This document shows positions 29,384-41,435 of a stretch of DNA of 64,000 nt, in pieces. Origin of the DNA: Octopus vulgaris (lineage: Eukaryota); the NCBI GenBank assembly GCA_951406725.2, contig OX597818.1:122326001-122390000 (forward strand), given 5' to 3'. The first letter of the stretch is position 1, and every line of letters begins with the position of its first letter. The notes beneath the pieces were generated by a model. The model did not search any database. It saw only the letters and a list, made by a program, of their open reading frames with translations, and was not told where the DNA came from. Made by a program: the position numbers and the translations under genes.

Positions 29384-29468
<85 letters not shown>

Positions 29469-29480
29469 GATTATGATGAT

Positions 29481-29538
<58 letters not shown>

Positions 29539-29589
29539 TATCAACACTTACTGGAAGGACGAGAAAGTTGATGACGCTGCATAGGGCGC

Positions 29590-30200
29590 TACAAGTTCAT
29601 CAGAGATTGGCACAAAGAGAAAAGTATTTTCACTCCCTTCAATCTCATCCACTATACAACCTCTTTCGCTATGGCCACTAGGCATATAATACAGCCTTTC
29701 CTTCCCGGTTAAAGGAAGGCGGCGGGCTGATCTTCACGATGGATTCAGTTGACAGCCGGATCCGTCCCACACGCGACATCAGGTGTTCATCATAAACCCA
29801 CACGTCAGCAATGCTCGGGCACAGGACGAGTGCATGCAGGACCTTCTCGTCGTCCTGCGAGCATCGCAGGCACGCTCAGCTAACGGCACTTCCGTGCCTA
29901 TAAAGTTTATCTCAAGCAGGCAAAGATTCCCAGTAGCACTGCCACTCCTGAGATGTTTGGAAATTATCTATCGATCCCGTCGCGAAAGTTCTCGGGGAAA
30001 GAGCGCCTAGCTGATCTCCTTCGATGCCCAAGGTCTCTCCAAGAATGTCGTCGCACTTTTCTTCTACTAATCCTGTATAAAAAGATAAAGTGGACGTTCT
30101 ACCTATCGAGTAGTGAGCGCTTGAAGACATTTCACTTTCCAAATGCTTCCTCTCGGTCTCTATTTTACCCAGGACTACACCTCCGTTAAAGAAACTAGCG
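29590..30200 (-). mobile_element. Tx1/L1-like ORF2 C-terminal zinc-finger fragment
   Basis: DNFQTSQEWQCYWESLPA*DKLYRHG..ACLRCSQDDEKVLHALVLCP; homologous to 10560-10950. Confidence 0.8.
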
Positions 30201-30224
30201 GCGGAATTACGTGTCTGGCGAAAA

Positions 30225-30445
30225 TCCTTTCTACTATAAACACGAGACCGGCAAGTTCCAGCAGGGGTGAAGTCGATTACGTCGACCTCAGTACTCGATC
30301 GATTGATACATATTTTATCGAGCCCGGAAGGATGGATGAAAGGCAATGTCGACCTCGGTGGAATTTGAACTCAGAACGTACGGACGGACGAAATGCCTCT
30401 AAGCATTTTGACCGGCGTGCAAACGATTCTGTCAGCTCGCCGTCT
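30225..30445 (-). mobile_element. SINE family A-related copy
   Basis: gaaaggcaatgtcgacctcggtggaatttgaactcagaacg...gattctgtcagctcgcc. Confidence 0.8.
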
Positions 30446-30496
30446 TAATAATAATAATAATGATAATAATAATAATAATAATGATGATGATGATGA

Positions 30497-30531
<35 letters not shown>

Positions 30532-30562
30532 GTAGTAGTAGTAGTAGTAGTAGTAGTAATAC

Positions 30563-30823
30563 GGTATGATAAAAAACATCCAGACAAATGCATAAGAGGT
30601 ATGATAAAAAACATTCATACAAATACATAACAAAAACATCAATATTTACAAGTATATATAGCATAGAGAAAACAGCACAACTAGGCACCACTATTATCCT
30701 ACGTAAAACACTTTCAACACAGTGAAAATAATAGCACCATAACAAAATACACCACATACCCAAGGCACACAGAGCTGCACTTTGTAGTGTAGTGAAAGCA
30801 CGTGATAAAAATAGGACTACTGA
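30563..30823 (+). mobile_element. R4/Dong-like 3' end, short copy
   Basis: Homologous to 31088-31308; ends actactga followed by (ATA)n. Confidence 0.75.
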
Positions 30824-30834
30824 ATAATAATAAT

Positions 30835-30885
<51 letters not shown>

Positions 30886-30886
<1 letters not shown>

Positions 30887-31308
30887 GAAATTAAGGCCAA
30901 CAGACCAGATATAGTTGTCAGAGATCATGAAGAAAAAAAATGCTTTCTAATTGATGTATCAATACCAGCAGATGACAACGTGTCTAAAAGAAATGGAGAA
31001 ACTTTCAAATTACAAAGACCTGGAAATAGAGGTAACTAGAATGTGGAATCTAAAAACAGAAACAATTCTTATCATAGTAGGTGCATTAGGCATGATAAAA
31101 AAATATTCAGACAAATGCATAACAAAAACACCAGGACTTACAAACACATATAACATACAGAAAATTGCACTACTGGGCACTGCACACATCCTACGCCTTC
31201 AATACAGTAACCATCTGAGCATCACTACAAATCACAGCACATACCCAAGGCACACAGAGCTGCGCTCGGTAGTGAAGTGAAAGCACGTTATAAAAATAAA
31301 ACTACTGA
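30886..31308 (+). mobile_element. R4/Dong-like 5'-truncated copy with RLE endonuclease motif
   Basis: IKANRPDIVVRDHEEKKCFLIDVSIPADD (PD..D), EKLSNYKDLEIEVTRMW, IIVGALG, IQKIALLGTAHILR; (AAT)n on both sides. Confidence 0.88.
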
Positions 31309-31317
31309 ATGATGATG

Positions 31318-31382
<65 letters not shown>

Positions 31383-31870
31383 CATTTCTACTGAAAGCTC
31401 AAGTCCTGAAATTTTTTTGTTGGCTGGGACTAGTCGACCCCAAAGTTTCGCTCGTACTGAATTTTTCTCGGGGGAATTTGAACTTAGGCATAAAGCTAGC
31501 AATTTTGGAGGAAAGAGGTTAGTTAATTACATCGACGCTAGTGCGTGACTGATACTTTATTTTGTCGATTCTAGAAAGATGAAGGACTAAGTTGGCCCCC
31601 TCGGAATTTGAACGCAGAACATAAAGAGCCAGAATAAATACCTCAACCGCTGTAGCGGTACTAATATTTACTTCAAACACAGGGAAATGACCATAAATTT
31701 TAGAGGAGGGGAACAATCGATTATATTGATCGAAGTACTCTCTTTATACTTATTTCATTTACACTGGAATGATAAAAAGCAAAGTTTCCCCGGTAGAATT
31801 TAAACTTAGAACGTAACGAACCAGAACAAATACTTCAACGCATTTTGTTCGATGCATTAACGATTGACAA
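31383..31870 (-). mobile_element. Several degenerate SINE family A-like copies
   Basis: Repeated gaatttgaac...agaac and aaattttggagg motifs. Confidence 0.6.
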
Positions 31871-34776
31871 CAAAAATATTTTCTCTTATTTTCCCACCCA
31901 AGCCATTTCCTACGTTAACAATAAATGACTTACAAATGTATAAGAGAAACGTGTGGAGATACAGAGAGAATTATACAGAAAAGCTAAGTGAGGGAAATGA
32001 TATACAAAATATTTTAATAATTACACATTAATTATCAAACTAATTAAATGAATAGGTAGAATGAAGGTATAATTAAATGAATATGTAAAATGATGGTATA
32101 ATTAAAAGAATGATATAATTTAAGAAAACAAGAAACGACAAGAGTAATTTTTCCTCTGACGCTTGAGAAATTTCTAGCTAGCTGTATCTGATCAAGATGG
32201 GCACATCTCTAATCCCCTCTTTGTTGTACTCGAAATTGCTCTCTTCAAATTTGAGGAATTTGAGCTAGAGTACAAAAGGTCCTGATCATAATGAATATGA
32301 AATTCTTCGTAGCTTGCTTCTGTGGTTTTAATAAATATTTTGTCTTTCACATGATCCGCGTAATCAAAGCTCATTTCCTTGGACACCCACCAGAGGACAA
32401 ATTGAATATGTTCTTCAGTAGGTGCACATTTGTGTACTTGTAAAAGTGCATCCCCTAATAGTTAGGGTGTTGGGTTGATGTTAAATTCCTGGACCGAGTG
32501 ATGTATTGCATCTAATTTTACGTTTGCTCCCGTCTACTCATCACGATTTCTATGTCTACATATTTTGTGGGACACACTAGCTCAGCTTAACTCCTAACAC
32601 CGCCTTCAGTTTAAAACACGCGACATATCACCTATCCTGCACAATAGACGACATCTTGTTCAACGTACCGGAAAGGGCTACCTTCAACTATAGTTTTTGA
32701 AGGCGCTAAAACAGTTCCTGTAACACTGGAAATGCATAAATAAGTTACTTTTCTCCTTCCTTATATTGTGTATAGCATCAAGCAAAAACATGCTCGCTTT
32801 TGTTATAAAGTGCTGGCAGACAGTTGTTTCAGCCAGAATCTTATATCTATCATTCGTTGCTATTATTTGCGTTAGCAAAAGGTGAAACAGATTTCAGCTT
32901 GTATTGTTAACGTTATCCGTTATCATGCCAACATTCTCCGGTATTTTCGCTTGATTAAATGTGCATGCAACTGATGATTGTATTCTTGTTAAGCATGTCG
33001 TTGGATTTATTCATATTAGTATAATTGTCTATAATAGTGTCATAATTTTTTTTTCATTCAAATGCATGTGTTTTGTTGTAAAATATAAAATATACCCTTA
33101 GATATTTTGTGTGCGTCTAAACTACATCGATTTAGGTTTATTTATACTATTCATTTCAGTAGGCGTTTCACGTCACCGTATTAAGCATGCATGTAGAAAA
33201 GAAACAAAAGAAAAATTTCTTTCATCTGACTCTTGTGTGGGATAATGTGTAGATACTTCAAGATTTTCCTGCGGGACAGAATCCTTAAGAGCAGTAAGAA
33301 AATACGACTCTGTTTCGGTGGAGATCTGATAATTTTAATTCTATTTTGACAATTCACTGTATCTGCTACAGATTCGAGGCATCTATGATAAGCGCCTTTG
33401 ATTTCGGCTCCTTGTAAGAAACGTGATTCTATTAATGAGCTGTGGATTCTGCCCGGTGGTGAGATTAAAATTGCTAGATACCAAAAACCTTTTATATTAC
33501 ATGCACAAATCGTCCAACGTCTTCTCGATCATGGTTACTAAATGCTTTGATTCTTAATCTACTGTTTCAGATTTTTACATTTCGAAGAGTATTCTGCTTG
33601 AATTGCAACGAAGACGGCGTCAACGGCATATTGTTTCACATCTCGGAATGAACGGGTCGGAGTCATAATGAACGAATCCGGGATGGAAACAGGAGTACAC
33701 ATTAAGCATAACATGTTACTGGGTTTTCAAAGAGGCATACCTATGTTTGCTAGCTCCTACCAACAGTTCTATTGTTATGCTTGTAGTTAGGTTCGGATTA
33801 GACTCCCAGGTAGATAGAACTGGGACAAGTTTTCGTGTAGAGTGACCATCATTTTCACTGAAAAGTTACCTGAGTTATAGCTATTTCCTGAAGGTCCGTT
33901 AAAAGTCACCAGCACCTACACTGGCTTCTTATCGATTATCAATTTACCATCGTGTCTTGCGTCAAACGGATCCGGTCGAATTCGATGTGGTTTTGTTAGC
34001 AATCTGCGGAAAGGAGCTGATCAGAACGTCCATATGCTACAAACTTTCATTGCACTGAATTTTTTGCCTGTCGTCCTGTTGTGGATATCGATGATGCACA
34101 AACAAGAACTGAAACTGCATTATAATGACTAATAGTGAGCACTCAACAGCTGAGGGTGTGTCTTGCTAGGTAAGTCTTGCTGCAGCTCGTATCTTTAACA
34201 GAGTAAAAATCTAGGGTCAAGCGTATATCAAAGTTGTGAGGTTGGACTTTCAAAATTGTGAACCACTCACAGCCTTTCACAAATCGAGTAATAGGAATTT
34301 GAAACTTCAATGACTGTTCCATTCTGTAAAGCGTCAATACCTGGTATGAGTGACGATAATCTGGGCATCGCAGAAGATCGACTGACTAGTTTCGTCTTGA
34401 GGAATTTTATCGCAGGGATTATGATCAAACTCCCTATCCTAGGCGTAATAACTGGACGAATAGATAATTCGAGATAAACACTAAAGTCACAGCAGTTCCC
34501 TAAATTGGGATTCTCCGATGTGCATGAAGAAACCAAACTGTTCTCCATGCTGTTAATTATTTGATTTGCATTTAATAATATAAAAAAAAGAGCTAAGAAA
34601 ACAAAGGCAGGTTTCTTGCAGGTAATTTGTATCTTTCATATAATGTGCGGGTATGCTTAGTTCTTGTCTCCAGATTATCCATCAGTCTGTGTTTGGTGCG
34701 CGTTATCAAAATTACCATTCCTATCATTTCGGAAGCAAATTAATGAAGACTTTCTTAGCTGATAAGTGACTTAAAG

Positions 34777-34819
<43 letters not shown>

Positions 34820-34909
34820 TCACACTTTTGTTTATAAGTTTGTATGTAGGCATATATACACAATATATATTTGTGAGCCAGTGTTTGTAAACGACATATG
34901 TGCATACAG

Positions 34910-34975
<66 letters not shown>

Positions 34976-35184
34976 CGTATATATATATATATATATATAT
35001 ACAGAGGTACATATATGTATATATGTAAATATAGCATTTATTGAATATAGAAATATACTTTATAAGGTATGTATTTTAATGTGTATATGTACTTATGTGT
35101 ATACATATATATATATATATATATATGTATATAATACATATATATATGTATATATATATATTGTGTATATATATGTATACACGC

Positions 35185-35216
<32 letters not shown>

Positions 35217-35414
35217 ATACATAGAAGAGGAGAGAGAGAGAGAGTGGGGGGAGAAACAGGAGATAGATAGTTTTTTTCCTTATCACTAATATTGATTAAA
35301 CCGTACAGCAACTTTACAAAACTGTCAGCAAGATATTTCCTTTCGGTAAATTACTGATGAAGTGAACCTAAATAATAAATTACACCAACTTCAACCTTAA
35401 ATATGGAAGTCTTT

Positions 35415-35487
35415 AATAACAATGCTGATAATGCTAACGATGATGATGATGATGGCGATGATAATAATAGTAATAATAATAAAAATG

Positions 35488-35524
<37 letters not shown>

Positions 35525-35537
35525 TAATAATAATAAC

Positions 35538-35569
<32 letters not shown>

Positions 35570-35582
35570 TAATGCTGATAAT

Positions 35583-35650
<68 letters not shown>

Positions 35651-35726
35651 TAATAATATTAATAATAATAATAATAATAATAATAATGATAATAATATTA
35701 ATAATAATAATGATAATGCTGATAAT

Positions 35727-35788
<62 letters not shown>

Positions 35789-35870
35789 TAATAATATTAA
35801 TAATAATAATAATGATAATAATATTAATAATAATAATAATAATAATAACAATAATAATAATAATAATAAT

Positions 35871-35912
<42 letters not shown>

Positions 35913-35922
35913 AATAATGATA

Positions 35923-35975
<53 letters not shown>

Positions 35976-35980
35976 GATGA

Positions 35981-36015
<35 letters not shown>

Positions 36016-36095
36016 GATGAATGATGATGATGATGACAAAGTGTACGTTATTGATGCTGATGCTGATGATCATGATTATGATGATGATAATTATA
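35415..36095. repeat. (AAT)n/(AAC)n/(GAT)n microsatellite
   Basis: Directly visible. Confidence 0.95.
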
Positions 36096-36571
36096 CAATT
36101 AAGACGGTAATATATATATGGCAAACACGCCGCAACGAAGTTGTCAACCCTGATTTCAACGCTGACAAAAATGTCCGCATTGTATAACCTCTATTAAGAA
36201 GCTTCTTTTAACGGAACGTTCATGATTACGATCGTCTGGAATATGTTTGACAGCAGAGATAAATAGAATTTAACAAAGTCTCATCAACAAGTATTAAGCT
36301 AATCGATAGGAAAACATGTCATGTTATTGAACAAAGCTTTAATATAATGATATCATATTTACATGACATTCAGTACAAAACACACACACACTCCCTCTCT
36401 CCTCTCTCTCTCTCTATATATATATATATGTATGTATGTATGTATATATATATATATATCTTTCTCTTCCTCTGACTGTCTCCGTGCTGCAGTATTTCTC
36501 TTTCCTTGCTTTCTTCCTCTCTTTCACTCAGCTCCTCTTTCACTTTCCAATTCTTATTAACTATTGTCAAT

Positions 36572-36625
<54 letters not shown>

Positions 36626-37343
36626 TTACTCACACAATACGTACACACATTCATAATACATAAATATATAAGCTCACACACATACATATACGTACGTATA
36701 TATTTATAAAACTAAATAATTATTCGTTTTTATTAATATTTATTAAATATCTTGGCACACAAACATGTTTTTCTATACGTACAGACATGTATACACATAA
36801 TTCATAAGCCAATTAACAACTTCGTTTCTATGGCAAATCCCTAACTGTAGGATTGTTGATTGTACATTTGTTTCGAACTCAGAAATCGTGCATCATGGTA
36901 AGGAAAGCCAAATGACTATAATAATTAATACATCCTCGGGATAATTTAGAGGCATCTGAAGTAAGGGATCGGAATGGAACAATGAATACGCCGACACTAT
37001 AAAGCTGATATGCTATTCCCAAAATATTTTACAAATGAAGAATATACAAACGACTTGAAAAATACAAAACTGACATTTTTCTGCTGTAATTAAAAATTCA
37101 CAGCTTAATATTTACTAAAATAACCCATTTGGTTATCCAGGTAGGGCAGTATCAATTCTGCCTAAATCCGTATTTATTACTAACCCTTGGCCCGTCCTTC
37201 GAATTACATACACTATATGGGACATATTTTCCTGGCATCCATGCTTCATATATGACACACATTGCAAATGATTTTCAACTACTAGTATAACTTGGGATTT
37301 CGTTATATTACTAAGAAAGTATGAAATAAGGGCTAACTAAATA

Positions 37344-37590
37344 GGTGCAGGCGTGGCTGTGTGGTAAGAAGCTTGCTTCTCAATCACATGGTTCCGGGTT
37401 CAGTCCCAATACGTAGCAATTTGGGTGTCCACTTAACTCAGCGTTTCGGCTAAGGAGACTGGTTGTATAAGTACCAGGCTTAAGAAAGGAGAAATACTGG
37501 CGACGATTCATTCAACTAATATTCTCTAAGATGGTGTCTCAGCATGGCCACTGTCTAATGAGTGAAGCAAGTGAGAGATAAAACATAAAA
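37344..37590 (+). mobile_element. SINE family B, internally deleted
   Basis: ggtgcaggcgtggctgtgtggtaagaagc head and ggtgtctcagcatggcc tail. Confidence 0.75.
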
Positions 37591-37928
37591 GATAAATATG
37601 TGAAAACAGTTTAAAATGCTTTGCGCATGCAAATGGTTATATAAATGAAATCAAAATGATTCATATTCCCTTATGAAAATGGTAATTTAATGCACGAAAT
37701 TCTGTGTATAATTCAGTAAATGGCAACTATTTACGCCAGACAGCAGCAAATTCTCTTGTACTGAATATGCTGAATATTCCCCTGGGGAAATTTCCCTGAG
37801 TCATATTGGTGACTTTCCACAGACAATTTCTATCATTTGTCAAACCTCACGAAGGCTTTAACGCATTTCGAGGTTCTTGAGAACTTGACATATCTTGGAG
37901 CTTATAAGTGAGAGTAAAAAAGAGAATA

Positions 37929-37969
<41 letters not shown>

Positions 37970-38580
37970 TCTGTTTCTCTCTCTCTCTTCCTCTCTTTTT
38001 CTCTTTCTCTGTCTTTTCTGCTTTCTTCCACTTTCCTCCACTTTCTGCCTCCTTTCCGACCATTGATCTCTCACTCTTTCTCTCAACTACTTATCATATG
38101 TATATATCTTTTCTCTATTATTAGCTGAAGGACTTCCTCAAACACTCAATATGTACCCTTTTTCTCTTTCCAGTTGCACTCGGTGTACAACTGCTTTGTA
38201 CCATTTGTTCTATTTTACTTTTATCTTAAACGACTAACGTTTCCTTCTTATTGTAAAATATTGTTATATTCAACTTTACCGTAAGTAGGCCAATGTTTTT
38301 CATTCTGGTAACCACTAGTATCAACCATACATAAATTTTTCTGCTTCTGTGGTATCTTCCTCATACCTCTACCACTTCGTTATCACATACAAATCTCATA
38401 TATCTTAGTTGGAATTTGTGTCCAAATTATGCAAATACAGACACAAAACCACAAAGTTATTCCATATCTATCTACCTACCTCCATTCACACACACATGTA
38501 TACAGATATATAGATATATAAATGTATAAATATATATATGAATATACATATGTATACGCATACATATATATGTATATATA

Positions 38581-38639
<59 letters not shown>

Positions 38640-39030
38640 ATAAATGCATGTGTTTGTGTGCGAGTGTCTGTGTGTGATTTGTGCGTGTTGTGTGTGTTCC
38701 AAATGTTTCAAATATAGATTTTTAAACAAGAATTAATGATCGATATATAATGACATGTCTCGTACGAGAAGTTAGCCAATCATCTATTTCAAATAAGACA
38801 GGCACGAAACCTATTCTACACTAGAATCATTGCAAAATTTCTCAACCAAATTAAGATACAAATATCTACCTGTCATGCAGTGACGTTTTGTCACTACTGT
38901 GTCACTGCTTAACTCAAAGTAACAGGATCTCCCACCTTAATTCGATATATTGACAGCGATGCATAATATAGGTATAATAAATATATGTGTATAAATACAT
39001 AAATACATACATACATGCATACACACATTG

Positions 39031-39075
<45 letters not shown>

Positions 39076-39344
39076 CGTGTGTGTGTATATATGTATAGGT
39101 ATATATATATATATGTATATATAGATGTATTTATATATACATACACGCATATATATATATATATATATATATACATACATGCATATATATATATATATAA
39201 ACATATATATATATATATAGGAATAAAAAATGGAGTCAACGCAGGTTTAAACAAGTATTTTTTCTTTCTACATATGTTTCAAAAATTCCACTGATACTTA
39301 TTCAAAAGAATAAAAGGTATAAACAATGCAATCTTCTCATCTAT

Positions 39345-39413
<69 letters not shown>

Positions 39414-39565
39414 ATAAATCTTTTAAGTTCTTTTAAGGGAAACATTTTTGAATACGCATATAAAAGATTCTATTTTATTATGACGGGTACCGGCTAACGA
39501 TACCAACTTTCAATAGCAGTTTTGTGGTGTTGTACCGAGCTGCGACGATATAAAGTGGGGTAATA

Positions 39566-39597
<32 letters not shown>

Positions 39598-40439
39598 CAT
39601 AATAATAATAATAACGATCTATGGATGTAATTTATAAATATTTTACTGCAACCGCTACGCACGTTTCCACGAATCACATGTTTCTTATGATCATAGTTTG
39701 TATTCCTGGGATGATTACAGTAAATCTGTAATACCCATGGATATCAGGTGGATCTCAGTTCATTTCATCAGGCGCACCAGTAAGGTCAAAGCATCCTTCC
39801 TAGAATTCGAACAGAACATCATGAAGCAAAAGAATACTAACCGTCATTAGCATCTAACTACAAAAGAAGAACATATGAAAGAGCTAAAAAAGCTCCATTA
39901 TTTCACTTTGCTCTATCATTTTACCACCAGAAGTAACTAACAGGCAACATCTTTTAGCAACTCAAACAATGAACTTCAACACCAAAACTAAGTTTGCTTC
40001 CTCACCGTACATCATCTGAATTCATTAAGGAAGTTGTTGTTGTGTCTAAAGTCAAACCAATGAACTACACTACCCATCCCTACATATGCACACACAAATA
40101 TCAAAACAAGTCTAGCCTCCCCACATATTCCTCCGTCTGTCTCTTCGTTACCTTCTATTCCCTACCAAATACACACAGAACTGCCAACGCCCCCATGAAC
40201 CTTTCGATTAGTGAATATTGATAAACATCCTTCAGTTATATATTCGTTGCTTCCAACTTTAATACCATATCGCCTGATGAAATCAGCATATGAACTAAGA
40301 TCCACGTGATGTCCACGGATATTACTAATTGTATTGTAATCACTTCAGGAATACGAACTATGGTCGCAAGAAACAAGCGATATGCGGAAATGCGCGTAGC
40401 GATGCATTCAAGTATATATCAATTCCATCCATGGGTTAT

Positions 40440-40509
<70 letters not shown>

Positions 40510-40515
40510 CATATC

Positions 40516-40812
40516 ACGTGATCACGTGACCGACCAGTCCATCAGAAGTAGTTACACATTGCTGGTCACAATGCGTTCGCATTGTTTTAGACTTCGAATG
40601 ACGCCACCCCACTGGCTAAGCGAGCAGGCCAACAGAAGAAAGAGTGGGAGAAAGAGTGGTGAAAGAGTACAGCAGGGATCACAGCCGGAGCATCGTGGAG
40701 CTTTAGGTGTTTTCACTCAATAAACACTCACAACGCCCGGTCTGGGAATCGAAACCGCGATCCTACGACCGCGAGTCCGCTGCCCTAACCACTTGGCCAT
40801 TGCGCCTCCACA
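40516..40812 (-). mobile_element. tRNA-derived SINE family C
   Basis: Minus strand ggcgcaatggccaagtggttagggcagcggactcgcggtcgtaggatcgcggtttcgattcc (A and B boxes); flanked by (TA)n. Confidence 0.8.
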
Positions 40813-40815
40813 CAT

Positions 40816-40854
<39 letters not shown>

Positions 40855-40855
40855 A

Positions 40856-40922
<67 letters not shown>

Positions 40923-41219
40923 TATTTTATATATACATTTTCTCCTTTGTTTTTGTTCTCTCCGTATTGATTTTCTCTCAACCAATTCTGTCGAAAAGCT
41001 AGGCTCGAAACGTCAAAGACTTTTCCATTCTTCCTGAGAGTCAAACTAATACACCTGTTTGTTGTTCCCTCACCTGTCTTTAGTTTTCTGTAAATTCTAA
41101 CTATATATATATATATAAATTTAATAATATCAGGGTAATTAAGATTTTAAAATGTTTTACTACCAGTGGCCTAGCGTAAAGAAAAATTAGTCAATAGACT
41201 ATATATTATTCATATAAAA

Positions 41220-41371
41220 TACAATGTACATTTAAACGTATTAAGAGATTTCCATCATCGGAATCCTGTACGCTAGAAAGAACAGCTAAAGCTAAGGTTT
41301 GGACTATAGCTGTTCTTTCTAGCGTAAGGGATTCATATGATGGAAACCTCTTAATGTTTTTAAATGTACAC

Positions 41372-41375
<4 letters not shown>
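41220..41375. repeat. Imperfect inverted repeat, 69-bp arms, 18-nt loop
   Basis: 41220-41288 pairs with 41307-41375; the inner 20 bp (tacgctagaaagaacagcta) are perfect. Confidence 0.88.

Positions 41376-41435
<60 letters not shown>

Noticed and set aside
33040-33060. Minus-strand ATGAAAAAAAAA and AACAG-C-ATG (about 34550) resembling rhabdovirus gene junction signals
   Set aside because: The stop and start signals are not adjacent, and such motifs are expected by chance in AT-rich DNA.
33835-33915. VTFNGPSGNSYNSGNFSV resembling a ubiquitin-conjugating E2 motif
   Set aside because: No downstream YP..PP, HPN or catalytic Cys motif in register.
40740-40812. Possible tRNA gene
   Set aside because: It has A and B boxes but no proper acceptor stem, and it continues into a repeated SINE body.
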